From Octopus sinensis (taxonomy: Eukaryota), in assembly GCF_006345805.1 (NCBI RefSeq), contig NW_021833266.1:13528-77527 (forward strand): 64,000 nucleotides of DNA, given 5' to 3'. The translations under genes and the position numbers were made by a program. Below are positions 37,681 through 50,975 of this stretch, piece after piece; within the stretch, counting starts at the first letter, position 1; each line of letters starts with the position of its first letter. The notes beneath the pieces were generated by a model, which saw nothing but the letters and a program-made list of their open reading frames with translations, was not told the DNA's origin and did no database searches.

Positions 37681-37962
37681 GTCCTTACATTTATCTTGAT
37701 CAGTTAGAAAAGATAATTTTTACGTATCTCTTGAATCGCTAAATAAATTTTATTTAATTTTCGACTTAATTTTATGAAAAATGTAAGAAGTGAAAGGAAA
37801 ACCGGCGAGAAAATATCCAATTATTGTTTTTAATTAAAGTCTGGTGTTTAAAAATGATACTGAAATCATAATCACTAAAATCGTGAAATATGTGTCAGCA
37901 ACATATATTTCAAAAAAACAAACTATTGATCCACTACGCTTTGAAAAAAAAGATAAATAAAA

Positions 37963-40900
37963 TTAAAAATGCCAAAAAATAAATGTTAAACTAATTTTAA
38001 AGAGTCCCGGATAGTGAACGTTTACTTCCGTGTGGTGTTGTATTCCGGGAATCATTAAGACGGTTTTTGTACGGATAGCTTTTATGTCCATCATCTATAA
38101 CAGGGGTGTCAAACATGCGGCCCTCAGCGTACTTTACCAAACATAAGTGCGGTCTGATTTAATGGCTATAAAATGCAAAGAATTATTTTTTATTTTTTTA
38201 CATTTAATTAAAATTTTTAATCGTATTTTTAAATCTTGTTTGTTAATGTCACATGCTTCTTCTGGAATAAAAAAGAAACCCTCCTTGAAAGATGAATGGA
38301 GAGTGTTTCAAGATAAATGGGAACTTCTCTATTTTTGCACAATGGTTGATGGAAAAATACATTGTTTCATATGTAACAAGTTTATTGCTATACCGAAAGA
38401 ATACAACCTAAAGAGGCATTATCAATCTAATCATCTATCATACAATTATTTCGAAGGTATTAAGTTGCTTATTAACCAAGAAGGTCCAATGCGTGTTTCA
38501 AAGCTAAATGAATTGCGAAAAAATTTATCTGCGTTACAAACTCATTTCACAAAAAATCATAATCGAAGTACTGCATTAGTCACTGCAAGCTATGAAATCA
38601 GCAGAATGCTTGTAGTAAATGGAAAATCATATTGTGATGGTGATTTTATCAAACAATGCCTTGTAAAAACAGCGAATATTATTTGTCCAGACGACGCCCA
38701 CTTGTTTAAAGATATTAACAAGAAATACTGTTGCCGAACACATTAATGAAATGGCATTGAATTTGAAACACCAATTAAAGTCTGATTTGTTAAAATTCGA
38801 ATATTTTTCAATTGCAATCGATGAAACAGTCGACGTCGTTGGAATTACACAATTAGCAATCTTTTTTAGAGCCTGTGATTCAGATTTTAATATTTATGAA
38901 GAATTTCTCGAACTGGTACCAATGCACGATACTACTACAAGTAAAGATATCTTTATAAAACTTCTACAAATTCTTTTTGAATATGGGTTTGATTTGAAGA
39001 AGCTTGTATGTTTATGCACTGATGGTGCTCCGAATATGGTTGGACGACATGCTGGCGTTGCCGCCAATTGCGAGCTGAAATAGAAAAGGTAAATCCCGGG
39101 TCATCATTTGCTCATTTTCATTGTATTATTCATCAGCAATATTTGTGCTCAAAGATATTAAAAATGGAAAATACCATTAGTTTGGTCACGAAAACAGTAA
39201 ACTATATTAAAGGTCATCCCCTCAACCACCGGCAGTTTAGTAAACTGCTGACAGATATTAATAATCAGTTCAGCGACATTCCTTTTTATACTCCAGTCCG
39301 CTGGTTATCACTTCACAAAGTTGTTAAAAGATTTTATTTGTTGAGATCGGAAATAATTTTATTTATGGAGATGAAAGGGCAAAACACAGACGAAATGAAA
39401 AGTCAATCTTGGATCAAAGATTTAGCATTTGCAGTGGATATTACCACACATATGAACGACCTTAATTTAGAATTGCAGGGCAAAGACAAGCTCATAACTC
39501 AGTTGTCAGATCATATCAAGTGTTCTATTTCGAAAATAAAATTATGGAAGTTTCAGCTATTACAGTATGAAATTTTCTAAAAAAATTCAGCAAACTCTTT
39601 TTCTTCGTCTTAATTATCCATAAAAACTAAATATAAAAGTTATTTTTCATTATAATGCCAATTTTTAATTTATTAAATTTGACCATTTTGATCTACCTGC
39701 AGTGAAAAGAGGCCTTTATTTATTTATAACTTTAAATCAAAAAAACAAAGATTAGTATTTCGTCAAACTTCCTTTACAATTATAGACTGAATATTCTTCT
39801 GGCATCGAATTATATAATTCCCTAATAAAACTGTCATCAATTGCCTCCCATTCCTCTTTCGTAATTTTCCATAAGTCCTGTACTGTTTCAGGGACCTTTA
39901 ATCGTATTTTTGACTTTAGCAAACACCAAACATGCTCAATTATATTGAGATCCGGTGATTGACTTGCCAATACTCTACTATAGTAATGCCACTGTTATTT
40001 AAAAAATCTCTTGTAGATTTGGATGTGTGGCAAGTTGCCCCATCTTGCTGAAATTTGTAATTTGATGTATATAAATCATTTAGTCCTTCAGATATAATAG
40101 ATTGATAACGTGCAGAATTTAGTTTTTCATTGCATAATATTAAACTTCTTTTGCCATCAAATCGTATCGCTCCCCATACCGTTATGCTAGGGGCAAATTT
40201 GACGGTTTCTGAAGTGTATTTTTTTTCATATCTCATTGAAGGTGGTCTTCTGACATATTCTCTTGAATTGAAGAGCTGAATTCGACATTCGTCCGAAAAA
40301 ATAACAAATTCCCAGGCCATATTAAACATCGACTGACACCAATATTTTCGAGCCATCATATGTCGACACGTAAGTCAAGGTTTTTTGACAGCAATCCTCC
40401 CGAATAAATTATACCTCCTCAATGTACGTCTAACTGTATCTATACTCACGGAATTATCAAAATTGATCGATTTTTTAAGTTCAAAAGCTGTTTTTTTGGG
40501 ATATTTTTTAGATGTCCTGACAAGAATCCTTTCTTTTCTAGGAGATAATTTCCTCTTCGCTCCAGTGTGAATACGGTCAAAATAGCCAAAACCAGATATG
40601 TAACGTTGAAATATTTTTTGGATCGCACATCGAGAGATTTTAAGTTCTTTTGATACTTGTCGCTGACTCATTCCATTTTTCAAAAAACTAATAACTTTTT
40701 TACGATTTTCAAAAGATACACGAGGCATGAAATAGAATTAACACGTTTTAGTTAGATTTAAATGGATATTTAACAAAAAAATGTAATTAAATCTAAATAT
40801 ATTTTAAATAAATAAAGTGCCCTCTTTCATTGCATGGCCTAGAAAAGGTCAAATTTAATAAATTAAATAAAATTGGCATTATAATGAAAAATAACTTTTA

Positions 40901-42780
40901 TATTTAGTTTTTTATGGATAATTAAGACGAAGAAAAAGAGTTTGCTGAATTTTTTAGAAAATTTCAGACTTTAATTTTCGAGTATTTCTATTTTTGGAAA
41001 TATTCTTTAGGTGGCCTCTTTTCATTGCATGACCTAGAAATGGTCAAATTTAATAAATTAAATAAAATTGGCATTATAATGAAAAATAACTTTTATATTT
41101 AGTTTTTTATGGATAATTAAGACGAAGAAAAAGAGTTTGCTGAATTTTTTTAGAAAATTTCATACTTTAATTTTCGAGTATTTCTATTTTTGGAAATATT
41201 CTTTAGGTGGCCTCTTTTCATTGCACGGGACTGTAAATAAAGATTTATCTCATTTTCCTACGTGCAAAGAGCTTAGGAGTACTGTTGATGCATATAATGT
41301 AATGAATTTTTCTTAGTATGAAAGACAACTAGAATCGTTGTTAAAGGAATTTCAAGAAAGATTTAATGATTATTCGTCTTTTGAACAACAATTTTCATTA
41401 TTCGCATCACCATTCTCTTTTAATGTTTCCAATGCAGATGAAAGTTTACAAACAGAACTATTGGAAATCCAATCAGATTCTATACTTAAAGCTAAATATT
41501 TGGAGGTTGGAATACCTGCTTTCTTTTTATTCCTGGAAAGTTTAAAAACTTTAAAAAGTTGTCAATCCTCTGGAAGCAACTCTCACCAAAATTAAAGGGC
41601 GATAATTGAATAATTTAGTTTCTCTTATTTTGGTTATTCATCATAATAAATATCAGAACTAATCTTCCCTTAATGAGAAATTATTATAAATGCGGCCCTC
41701 AAAGCGAAATGAGTTTGACACCCCTGATCTATAATGAAACTTGTCTTGGCTAATGTGGGTACCTTAAAAAAGGGATGGATGATGATGTCAGCAATTCCGT
41801 TTTGCGAACTACCAAGACGCTTTTTCGGATTTTTGACAAACAACTAGAATATAAAATCGACATCACTTTTTCAGAATATCTATTGTTTCACAATTCATTA
41901 TTTCGGAAAAGTTAAGTTCGAGTAAAAAATAATCAGGTTCTTTATTAAGTATTGCTTTTATAACAGCATTGTAGTTTTTACCAAAAAATGGAAACTAAAA
42001 AATAAAAGGTAAAATTGAAAACTCTTTTAAATAACATTCGGAACAGACAGACCCCAAACATCCAATGATCAATTGTTCTGGTATATTCTTCTTGTCTAGC
42101 AACTTCTGGAGCGAAATAGTCCACAATTCCCACAATTTCTTTAATTTTTGAATTCATTTTCATGTTTGGTTTGACATTTTCAAAGTTAGCAATTTTAGCG
42201 TACCCGTCTGATTCCACAGAAATGTTTTCCAGTGTTAAGTCTCTGCTAAATTATAAAAACTGACATGCCTGTGCATAATATTATGCTCGTGGAGAAACTC
42301 GAGACCCAGCAAAATACAAACAGCGTAGAATTTTAAAAATCGGAATGTCACTGTGGATATCATAGATTCTAAGTTTCCAAATTCAAGATATTCAAAGACA
42401 ATGAACGAAAAATTCTGAAGTTTTTTTAATATATTAGAACCTTTGAGTAAAAATGTGAATGAAGATGAGACAAAAATTTGTTTTGTGACTTTGTTGCTAG
42501 ATAAAAAACATAAATTTCGTTTCTTCTAGCCTCATTCATTGTAATTCGGTGTTTTTCCCGCTCTTCTTTTTTGATGGCATATAATTTCCCATCTTTTTTG
42601 TATTTATGCAGAGATACCTAAATAAATTATTATTGTCTGCATTTCATACATTTCCGAAGTTTCCCCGCTCAAGCAATCTGATGTATTTAAAGTTCTCAAT
42701 ATACATATTTCTAAAAGTAGTGAATATTTTCTGCTATACTCTGTGAAATAATTTCTACTGATATTGAAATTCGTTTTTGA
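37963..42780 (-). CDS. PKN/PKC-like AGC pseudokinase; last exon separated by a hAT insertion; 5' exons probably extend to ~43.5 kb
   Basis: LLERGNFGN|V..YAIKK..FYAVCILLGLEFLHEHNIMHR|DLTLEN..GYAKIANFE..APEV..YTRTIDHW..KNPKKRLGSS..HPFFK|MMDIKAI. Confidence 0.8.
38101..41726 (+). mobile_element. hAT (SPIN/GTF2IRD2-like) DNA transposon with nested Tc1
   Basis: TIR CAGGGGTGTCAAAC/GTTTGACACCCCTG; perfect 8-bp TSD ATCTATAA; CFIC..NLKRHY, SIAIDET, CTDGAPNM, HCIIHQ, VRWLS, DLAFAVD. Confidence 0.96.
39563..41233 (-). mobile_element. Tc1 transposon with IR/DR-type long TIRs; transposase 40728-39752
   Basis: TA target; removal restores hAT KFQLL-NKDLSHFP; VIFSDE, QQDGATCH, SPDLNIIEHVW; one stop plus indels. 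Confidence 0.95.
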
Positions 42781-43714
42781 CCAACGTCTTTCAAAAAAGT
42801 TGATTTTTTTCTGTATAAGAATATAAAACTGTCTCCCGAATCATAAGATGAATTCAAACAATTATTTGAGCAATTTCCTTTCCCGCAAATGCCACCTTGT
42901 AATTATTAAAATAAGTTTTTAACCATTCGAAAATTCCAATTATCTCAGATCGTCATGTTTATAGTAAATCTTCAATGTTATCTGACTAATTATTTTGACA
43001 AAAATTCTTAATAAATATATTCTTTTACAATCAGTACATAATTGCTCCTCTATCATTATGCTAGTAAATTAATTTTGAAAACAATAAAATAAATTAAACT
43101 TAGAAAGTTAATATATTACAAAAAATGTGAAATTCGGGTTTCTCATGGGGTGATACACTCATTTACTCTTTTTAATCTTCACAAAAATACTAGGCGTCCC
43201 AGCTTTGAGCAAAACGGCAAATAAAATACACGCAAACCTCTCTAATTTACCACCTCTATGATTTGCTCTCTCCCTTTTATCAAAAAAATGAAATTCTGTT
43301 TTTCTCTTATGTTTTTCTATTTTTAACATTTTTCTATTTCTTACCACTTTTTCAGGCTTATTTAAAATTTTTAATGTTTATTAATTTAGTTAATTGCTTA
43401 ATTAATCTTTTAAAAATTGGACGTAGGTATAATCAAGTCCTTCAAGTGAAATTTCAAAACATTTTTTGTTAGAATCGAACATTTTTCGAATTATTGTTAG
43501 TTACATAAAACTATCAAAAACATACAAGGAACTGAGAAAATTGAAAAAACATTAATAAATTATTTAACTGTCTTTCCTGAAAATGTTCTCAAATAAAAAC
43601 TTATTTTCTTAATTTTGACTAATAAACCCGTTGGAAACAAAAAATAGCAAACTAATTAAAAAAACATGATAAAATGACAGTCAATATGATAAAGTGACAG
43701 TCCTTGTCTTATTG

Positions 43715-44420
43715 TACATATAATGTTTCAAAAAAATATTAAATACATTTTTTGTATTAATAAGAGTTAATGCTGAATTAATATGGTCTTATAAGACCTC
43801 ATTTGATTTGTAGTAACTCCGTGATTTCTCGGAATAACCAGAAAATTTACTGACTCCTTTCACCGTGAGGATAATCTCACATCCATCAGCAATGAATATT
43901 GAAAGGAGAGTCATTGACCAGCCAGATTCAGGAGAACTTAAATCAAAGTTGTTTGAGGGACGTTTAAACTAGAAGAAATCATTTCTCCTTCGGTCGTAAT
44001 TCAAAGACAAATGAGACATATTTTAGCATTGGAGGTTATAATTTGAGACTTTTGGATTTTGAATATTCGACAAATCAAATATTTTGATTGATTCCTTTTT
44101 AAAAATGCAAGTCTTTTGCCTTGAAAGTGGATTTTGTATCTTTTTAAATGCGAGTCTAAATGCCAACGACTCCAAACGAATTCCAATCAGTTTGCAGTAG
44201 AAAAACTATGCCTGAAAGAGGGCAGTTTGAACTAACAAACATGTGGCCGTATTTTTTGTCACCATAAAATGAATTGCTCCTAAAAAACGTATTTAAATTC
44301 TGAACACACTCAGTTTCACTGGGTATACTCAGAATGTAGTAAATCAGTGCAAACACAACTAAACTGAGTAAGTATATAGAAATGATAAAAATAAATATTG
44401 TTAGACAAGGATGTCAGAAA
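43715..44420 (-). pseudogene. Degenerate orphan gene, partly paralogous to 37270-37680
   Basis: Broken ORFs with a hydrophobic N-terminal segment and the shared 3' block. Confidence 0.35.
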
Positions 44421-44519
44421 ATTGACAATAAAACGCATTTTCTGAAACGGAAAATTTTACTTTTAATTTTTCCGTTTTTTAATTAATTGAAGTCTGTCCT
44501 GGCCTACTTTTATGATGAA

Positions 44520-44660
44520 CTTTGAGTTGAGAACGGCGATCGAGAACCGCTGGAAAAGCCAGTCCGCTTCCCAAAGATCATGAGTGCGGATGGAGATTTT
44601 GGCCCCGAGTTTGCGGAGGAAGTTTTCTGTCTTTAAACCAAGAGAACCAGACGTTTTCAT
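44520..44660 (-). mobile_element. CRE-like element C-terminal scrap
   Basis: TSGSLG..FLRKLG..WLFQRFSIAV. Confidence 0.7.
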
Positions 44661-44887
44661 CCCTTTGTATAAGTATGGAAAAATGATTTTTTTGAACTAG
44701 TCAAAAATTATGTCAAATTTTTGTATTTGAGAATTCGTGTTTGAAAATGAATTTAATTAAAAAAATTATTTTATTTTGGTCATTATCCTTTAGATTAGTA
44801 GAGATTTTTTTTATGTTTAGATATTATTTTCTGGCTTATAAATAATTAATAAATATTTTGTATAATTTTTAAATCAATATTATATCT

Positions 44888-45836
44888 ATGTCATCGGATT
44901 GTGGTTTTATTAAAAAAGCTTCATGCTTAATACTATTATGTTTATTCGGTACTCTCACTAATAGTATCATTTTAGTACTGTGCATTGCGCTTACAATAAA
45001 GCTTACCATTAAACCTTACGCACGTGGATTCTTCTGTGATGACCAAAGTCTAAAATACCCTTACAAACCTTCTTCCATCAAATATTCACTCCTTCTTTCA
45101 TGCGGGGCGCTCATAAATATTTTTTTAGTTTGTTTTTATTAAATAATTTTTCTAGGTTTTAGTGTCAGAATTATTACTAAGCAGAGTAAGTGGAAAATTT
45201 AAACTTTCAAGAACTCTGAAAGTTATAATTCTCAATTTACTGACTTTATTTTTCACCTACGGTTTTGCGTAAGTGCTTTTATTTTTAGTAAATGTGAAGC
45301 TTTGCTATAATTTATTGAAGTTATATACTGGTCGTCTTAGGCCTAATTTTGTGAGCGTGTGTTCGCCTGATTACACGAAAATGAATTGTTCTGAATACGT
45401 TCAGAATATTGTTTGTCTCAATTCTGATATTGACAATATCAACAGTTCTAGGTTTTTGTTTTTCGACAAAAATTTCAGAGTTTCATTTCCCTCAGGTCAT
45501 ATGGCATCGGCCTCGGTTTTTGCATTTTTTGGGATTGTATATATTTTTGTGATTTGTAGTATTATTTATACCGCAGAATTCCCCAAAATCAAAATTATTT
45601 TATTCGGGCATTGATAATGGTTGTACAGTTTCTGCTCTTTTTGGGAGCAGTTTGTGTTGGAATATCACGTGTTAATGACAATAAACATCACCCTTCTGAC
45701 GTATTGGCTGGTTTTCTTTTAGGGGTCTTTGGGGCGTATTTTACTGTTCTGAATTCTATTTTATGTTTAGATTAAGAAGTGTGATTTTCCAAGTGAGTTG
45801 ACAGTGGAAGTTGAAAATTCAGATGATAATTATTAA
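44888..45836 (+). CDS. PLPP: PAP2 lipid phosphate phosphatase (PLPP/wunen-like)
   Basis: RGFFCDDQSLKYPY; C1 KLYTGRLRPNF; C2 SFPSGH; C3 SRVNDNKHHPSDVLAGFLLG. Confidence 0.93.
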
Positions 45837-46049
45837 ATTAGTTTTCTGTGATTTTTACTTTTAAACTAATCATATTATTTTTCGTTATTGCAATTGTTTT
45901 GTAGATTTGTTTTTCAATCGGATGGTATGCTCCAACAATCGTGTTTTCTTATCTGAAAAACAAACTTTCATTGGTGTGAGGTTTACTGACAGCCACGCTG
46001 TCCAGAAATTTTTTTACTTCCAGCTTTGATTTTTTCGACATGGTCGAAA

Positions 46050-46240
46050 CTTGGCTTTAAGAAAGGTTTTAACAGCGTTATGAGGGGCAGCAAAGGAACC
46101 CCAAGTACACCTCCATACCGCTCTATGAGCTTCCTTATTTTCAGAGATCGAGTCGTCCTATCATAAATGAGTACTCTGCAGGATGACCCTCTCAGTCCTC
46201 TGCTTTTTGTCGGGAATTCGACCTTGTCTATCTATCTACG
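46050..46240 (+). mobile_element. Non-LTR RT scrap
   Basis: TLQDDPLSPLLFV. Confidence 0.4.
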
Positions 46241-49200
46241 AGTCGGGGGAAGCATTATTTTTTAAATTCTGAAAATTTGCACGCAGACTCCTCTGCCTCA
46301 ATCGGCACAATTTCTGTCTTTTTCTAAAAAGCTATTTTCATATACACAGGCTTCTACCCTCATTCTATTTATTCCCATTTAGGGTATTCCGACTACTTGT
46401 CATCCTACATAAAAAAATCAACATGTGTCTTATATTTTGAATGGCATTTATGTCATCGCTGTTTTTGTGAAGCATTATGATTTTGTCAACTCAATTCTCT
46501 TATCTTGTTAGTTGATCTTGATTTATTGAAGATGAGCATCAATCATACACTTTTTACAAGACATTACCTTCGAAGCGGTTGTATATAGCCTTAACAGTTA
46601 ACACCATTATTAAAAGTGATTTTTTCATAGAAAGATAATAACGAGTTGATATAGTAAAAAAACATGTTAAAATACAAAGAAAGAGTCAAAGATGTGATAC
46701 TCAAACCCTTTAGAGCTAATTAAAAGTCTTTTGGGATAATCAGAATATTTAATGAGAATTCGATGAAAATGAAAGGTAACAAAGAATCAGGACTTTGTGG
46801 TTTTGTATAAAGACTTCCTGTTATGGAGGCTAATTGTGCTTCTGGTGAATTCTCAAGATATAGGAAAAGCTGATAGTATAATGTCAAATTCTGCTGACAT
46901 CTTTAACATCTCAGACATCTTTAATGAGGACCCGTTGGCCTGATTTCAGAAAACAAGCCCATAATCAATAAAATAAAAATTTGAAATATCTGATTTAAAA
47001 TATTTCTATAAATAATATTCCACAAAATTTAATGTTACGAGCTCACATCAAAAATCCAAAAAATATTTTAATTTAATTAGCACTTTCATGAGAGTCATAA
47101 TATTTATAGCCCAGCATGTGCAGCAAAAAATAATAGAGAACTAGTTGAGTTGCGTCAAGCTCTTCTGTTCTTAGGTAGATTCTTCAGAGAGTCCAGATCG
47201 TCACTAGATGCCAATGTTTTCTTCACAGTTTTCAAATCATTTTTAAAAGCGATCGGGAAGGTAGTTTTCTGCCAAATATGTCCGCTTCCTTCACTCACTC
47301 ATAGTCTTCCTTCTTGCCCACTCATCTCACTTCCCTACACTAATTATACAACTTGTAGGGCTATCACCACTGGCCTCGCCAACCACACTACTTGTTTCGC
47401 TTTCACGTCCTTGAATATCACACAATCCCTCACTCACTGTCTTTCGGTTCACTTTCCTCCTCATTGTAGCACATTTCCCTGTCATTTCCACACCAAACAA
47501 TCCAGTATATTCCACCATCTTATATTCAAGCAGATGTCTCTCGGAACTATTCGTCGTTTCTTCCAAACTATCTCCTCTGTCATTGATTCTATCAAACATG
47601 AGTTGAGCCCATCGATCATAATTATACATTGCTATATCAATTATCATGTCATCTTTGCCAATTCACCAAATAACAATAAGCTGGTACGTGTAGTCTATGG
47701 TGTCTCAGAGGGCGGTCAGGAAAATTAGATGATAGAGAAGCTTTGAAACAACACTCGGAACTCGCAGAGATATCATAATCTTCGATTTTGTTTTATCTCT
47801 CTTCGAAGACCTTCCTTAGAAAAGGAAAAATATGGTAACTTATGCAGGTGATGAACTATTAAAGATGTACGGGTGGAATTTAATTTACGACAGAGAGATG
47901 AGACACCGGAGTGGATTGGCAAGTGGTTAAGGGAAAATGTGAGGGAAGGTGATTTCTGGATATTCTAGATTTTACAATGCATTTGTGGATGTTTCCATAT
48001 TGGAATATTTTGGATTGGTCGTATACTTAAAATGGAGATTTTTGTTTTCCAATTCACTCAAAAAATAAGGAACCCGGATTTGGAAGGAGATAATTCTTAA
48101 TAAAGTGAATTAAAACTTGATCTGGACAACCTGGGAGTTTGTTGATTTTCGGTTCGGCCTTGGAATGTTCAAATTGAGGTTGATACCTACGAAACGAGGA
48201 ACTAAATGCGAGAAAAGCATTGATTTATTTGTGTGCAGAATGTGAAAAGTCATTCAAATTCATTGAATACTATTGGGACGTCAGTTCGACATTTAAACAA
48301 ACCCACAGAAACTAATCGCCATTTGCTAAAAAGGTTTTTGAATGACCAATCAATTCAAAAATGCAACTGTTAATGCCATATCCTGATAAAAACTCCAAAT
48401 TCAGCCTGACGCCAAAAATATAACATTGCTAAAAAAATTTTGGTGTATAGTTTATCATGGGATGTCTTATTCGTATAGCTAAACTTTATATTTATTAGAA
48501 ATTTCTAATTTGGCTATTTTTAATGGTAAGCTTAATAGATTGTGATTAGTAAAAAAAAAGCTTAATAAATAAAGCCTAATAATTAAGCTGATAAACATGT
48601 TTGATGTAGTTTATTATGTTTTTTTTGTTTTAAAGGAACCGATATAATTAAAAGTTAGCACAGCCATCCATCCGAAGTAGACCCCACCGACATTATCGAC
48701 GTTGCGTTGTCTCTCACGATAGCAACAGAGATCGACTGGAGAAAATACCGTGTCTCACGTGTGTCGTGGCTTTTTAATGTGGCTAAGCGTCAAGTTTATT
48801 ATTGTTTTTATGTTTTTCTTGCGGTTTTATTTATTTTGATTTGGAAAAAATAATTCTTATGAATTTTAATTTTTTAAATTTCATCATTTTTTGAATTTAT
48901 TTTGATTTTATTTCTTCCAAGTCTATTTTTTTACTATTTTGAGATTTTCTTTTTTATACTTGTATATTTTTCTTTTTATACATGCGAAATCTCAAAAATG
49001 ATGACTTAAAGGAATTTCCTCGAAGGGAATTTTTTGTTGAATAAGTCATCAAATTGCCCAATTATTTTCCTAGCTTTTTTTAAAAATTCTGACATGATAA
49101 TGTATGATAATTAACACGCCGATCGTCGCGTCCAGCACAAGCTACCCATCCCATGGTGGCTACATATCACCTGTCAATCTATCATAATGTCTGCCACAGT

Positions 49201-49478
49201 GACTGTCAAAATTAATTGCATTGGGTTCTAATCAATGACCGTTTTAACAATAAAAAATGTATTAAATTTTAGGGTCTATGTTTTTGAATCAAATTATTCC
49301 AAGTGTATCGTTGCCTATCTTAGTAATGATGTTTTTCTTAGGAGCAGATTCTATCGGCTTAAACAATATCAGATATGTTTTTTAGGGGAATTTAACGATC
49401 CAATCATCACAGCAACGTATCTGTGTGATTAGATGTCATGACGACGTCATTCTTCAAACCTAATCCGAGTTTCTGGCA

Positions 49479-49551
49479 CAGACAACCGCTGGGAATCAAA
49501 CCCAGGACCAATCAGATTAATAGCAGATATTAGACTACCCAGCTATTCGCC
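49479..49551 (-). pseudogene. tRNA-derived pseudogene or SINE head
   Basis: A-box-like TAGCTGGGTAG; T-arm CTGGG-TTTGATT-CCCAG; poor acceptor stem; flanked by TCTGGCA direct repeats. Confidence 0.45.
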
Positions 49552-50189
49552 TCTGGCATTGGTTTCTAATCAATTATGGTTTCAAAAATGAAGAATTATT
49601 AAATAGAAGTTTATCCCTGACCTTAATCCGTATAATAACGCGTGATACACAACGTTAATGTCATTTTCGTCGAATTTCCATTTTCGCTTGTTTTTCATTT
49701 TTTTGCTGCTTTCGTTATATTATCGTATTTTAATAACAAATTTTTCGTAATATTTTCATTATCGGTTACTTCATTTCCAACAATTTGTTAAAATCAGAAA
49801 CAAAATTAGATGCAAGTAGCTAAGAGAATAGTCGCGATCCTCCAAAAATTGAATTTCTTCCTCAGCATCTTCTCTAATGAATGGTCAAAGAGCTTCTGTT
49901 TCTACATCAATTGGTGCATTAATGCTTTTTATTCCCATAATGATATTGAAAGGAATATCCATTGTTGTTACATGTTGGCCACGTCCGAATTGCTTTCCAT
50001 ACTTCCGCTGTTGAACGATTTCAGTTCACGGCTGTAGGGATCCGATTCCATTTCAAACAAATGTATCTGTGTTCACTAGTCTTCAATTCCTTGTTCAATG
50101 GTTGGATTTCTTGAGGCGATTTATTTCCTTGCTAAGGTCGGCAGCATGAGGTTGGCGTTTAGGTATAGCCATTGCTCTTACTTCCAGAA

Positions 50190-50975
50190 TAGTCTTCGTG
50201 AAGAAGCCGATGGCCTTGTCGAGAAAGCTAAAGCTGTACAGATTTCAATTCTTTGATTTCGAATTCAAGATCTCCTGGAACTATGACCAGTTGGAACCAA
50301 TGTATAGAATTAGACGCAGCAGGAAATTGAAAAAACATTTGGTTGTGTCAATAATGTCGACACAAAATGTCGAAATCAGAGTTGACACGTCAATTATGTC
50401 TGAAACAAAATTCAATAAACCTGACATTTTTGTCTATGATAAAGAGAAAAAAATTAATTTAATCGAAGTAGGCATTACCTCACAAAATCGTTTGAAGTGA
50501 GTTGAAGTAAAGAAATTTTACGACCATTTTGCAGATGAAGTGTCGATACTCTATGAAGCAAAATTAAAGATTATTTTAATTGTCTTGACATGTGATGGAG
50601 TTTTCTCAAAGTTAATTAAAAGTTATATGGATAAGTTATCCATTAAAGAAAGAACTAGGACATACATTCAGTCGGTTGTGTTGAAAAAGATGCTGGAAAG
50701 TATGCTCATTGAACGCAGACATTGAGTGAAAGTAGACAAAGAAGAGTACGCCTCTACCGCAAATCAACTTGCAGGAGTGGAATGTCTCGAGGACATTGAG
50801 CTGAACAAAAACCTTGACGCAAAAATGAAACATGAAATGAAGATGTGGCAAACCTTTTTTTCAGGCAAAGAAGAGAAATCACTGATTCTTTTTAGTAAAA
50901 ACTTATTATTATACAGAAACAAATTACACAGAAACAAAAGGCAAGCAGATACTGCCCCCCCTAAGAACTGCTGAA
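50190..50975 (+). mobile_element. R4-like RLE C-terminal fragment (divergent subfamily)
   Basis: IRVDTSI..NKPDIFVYDK..LIEVGITSQNRL..TCDG..YIQSVVLKK. Confidence 0.82.

Noticed and set aside
47150-48420. Protein-coding gene(s) in the moderately GC-rich 47-48 kb block
   Set aside because: ORFs on both strands have stops, no recognisable motif and no consistent splice model; left uncalled.
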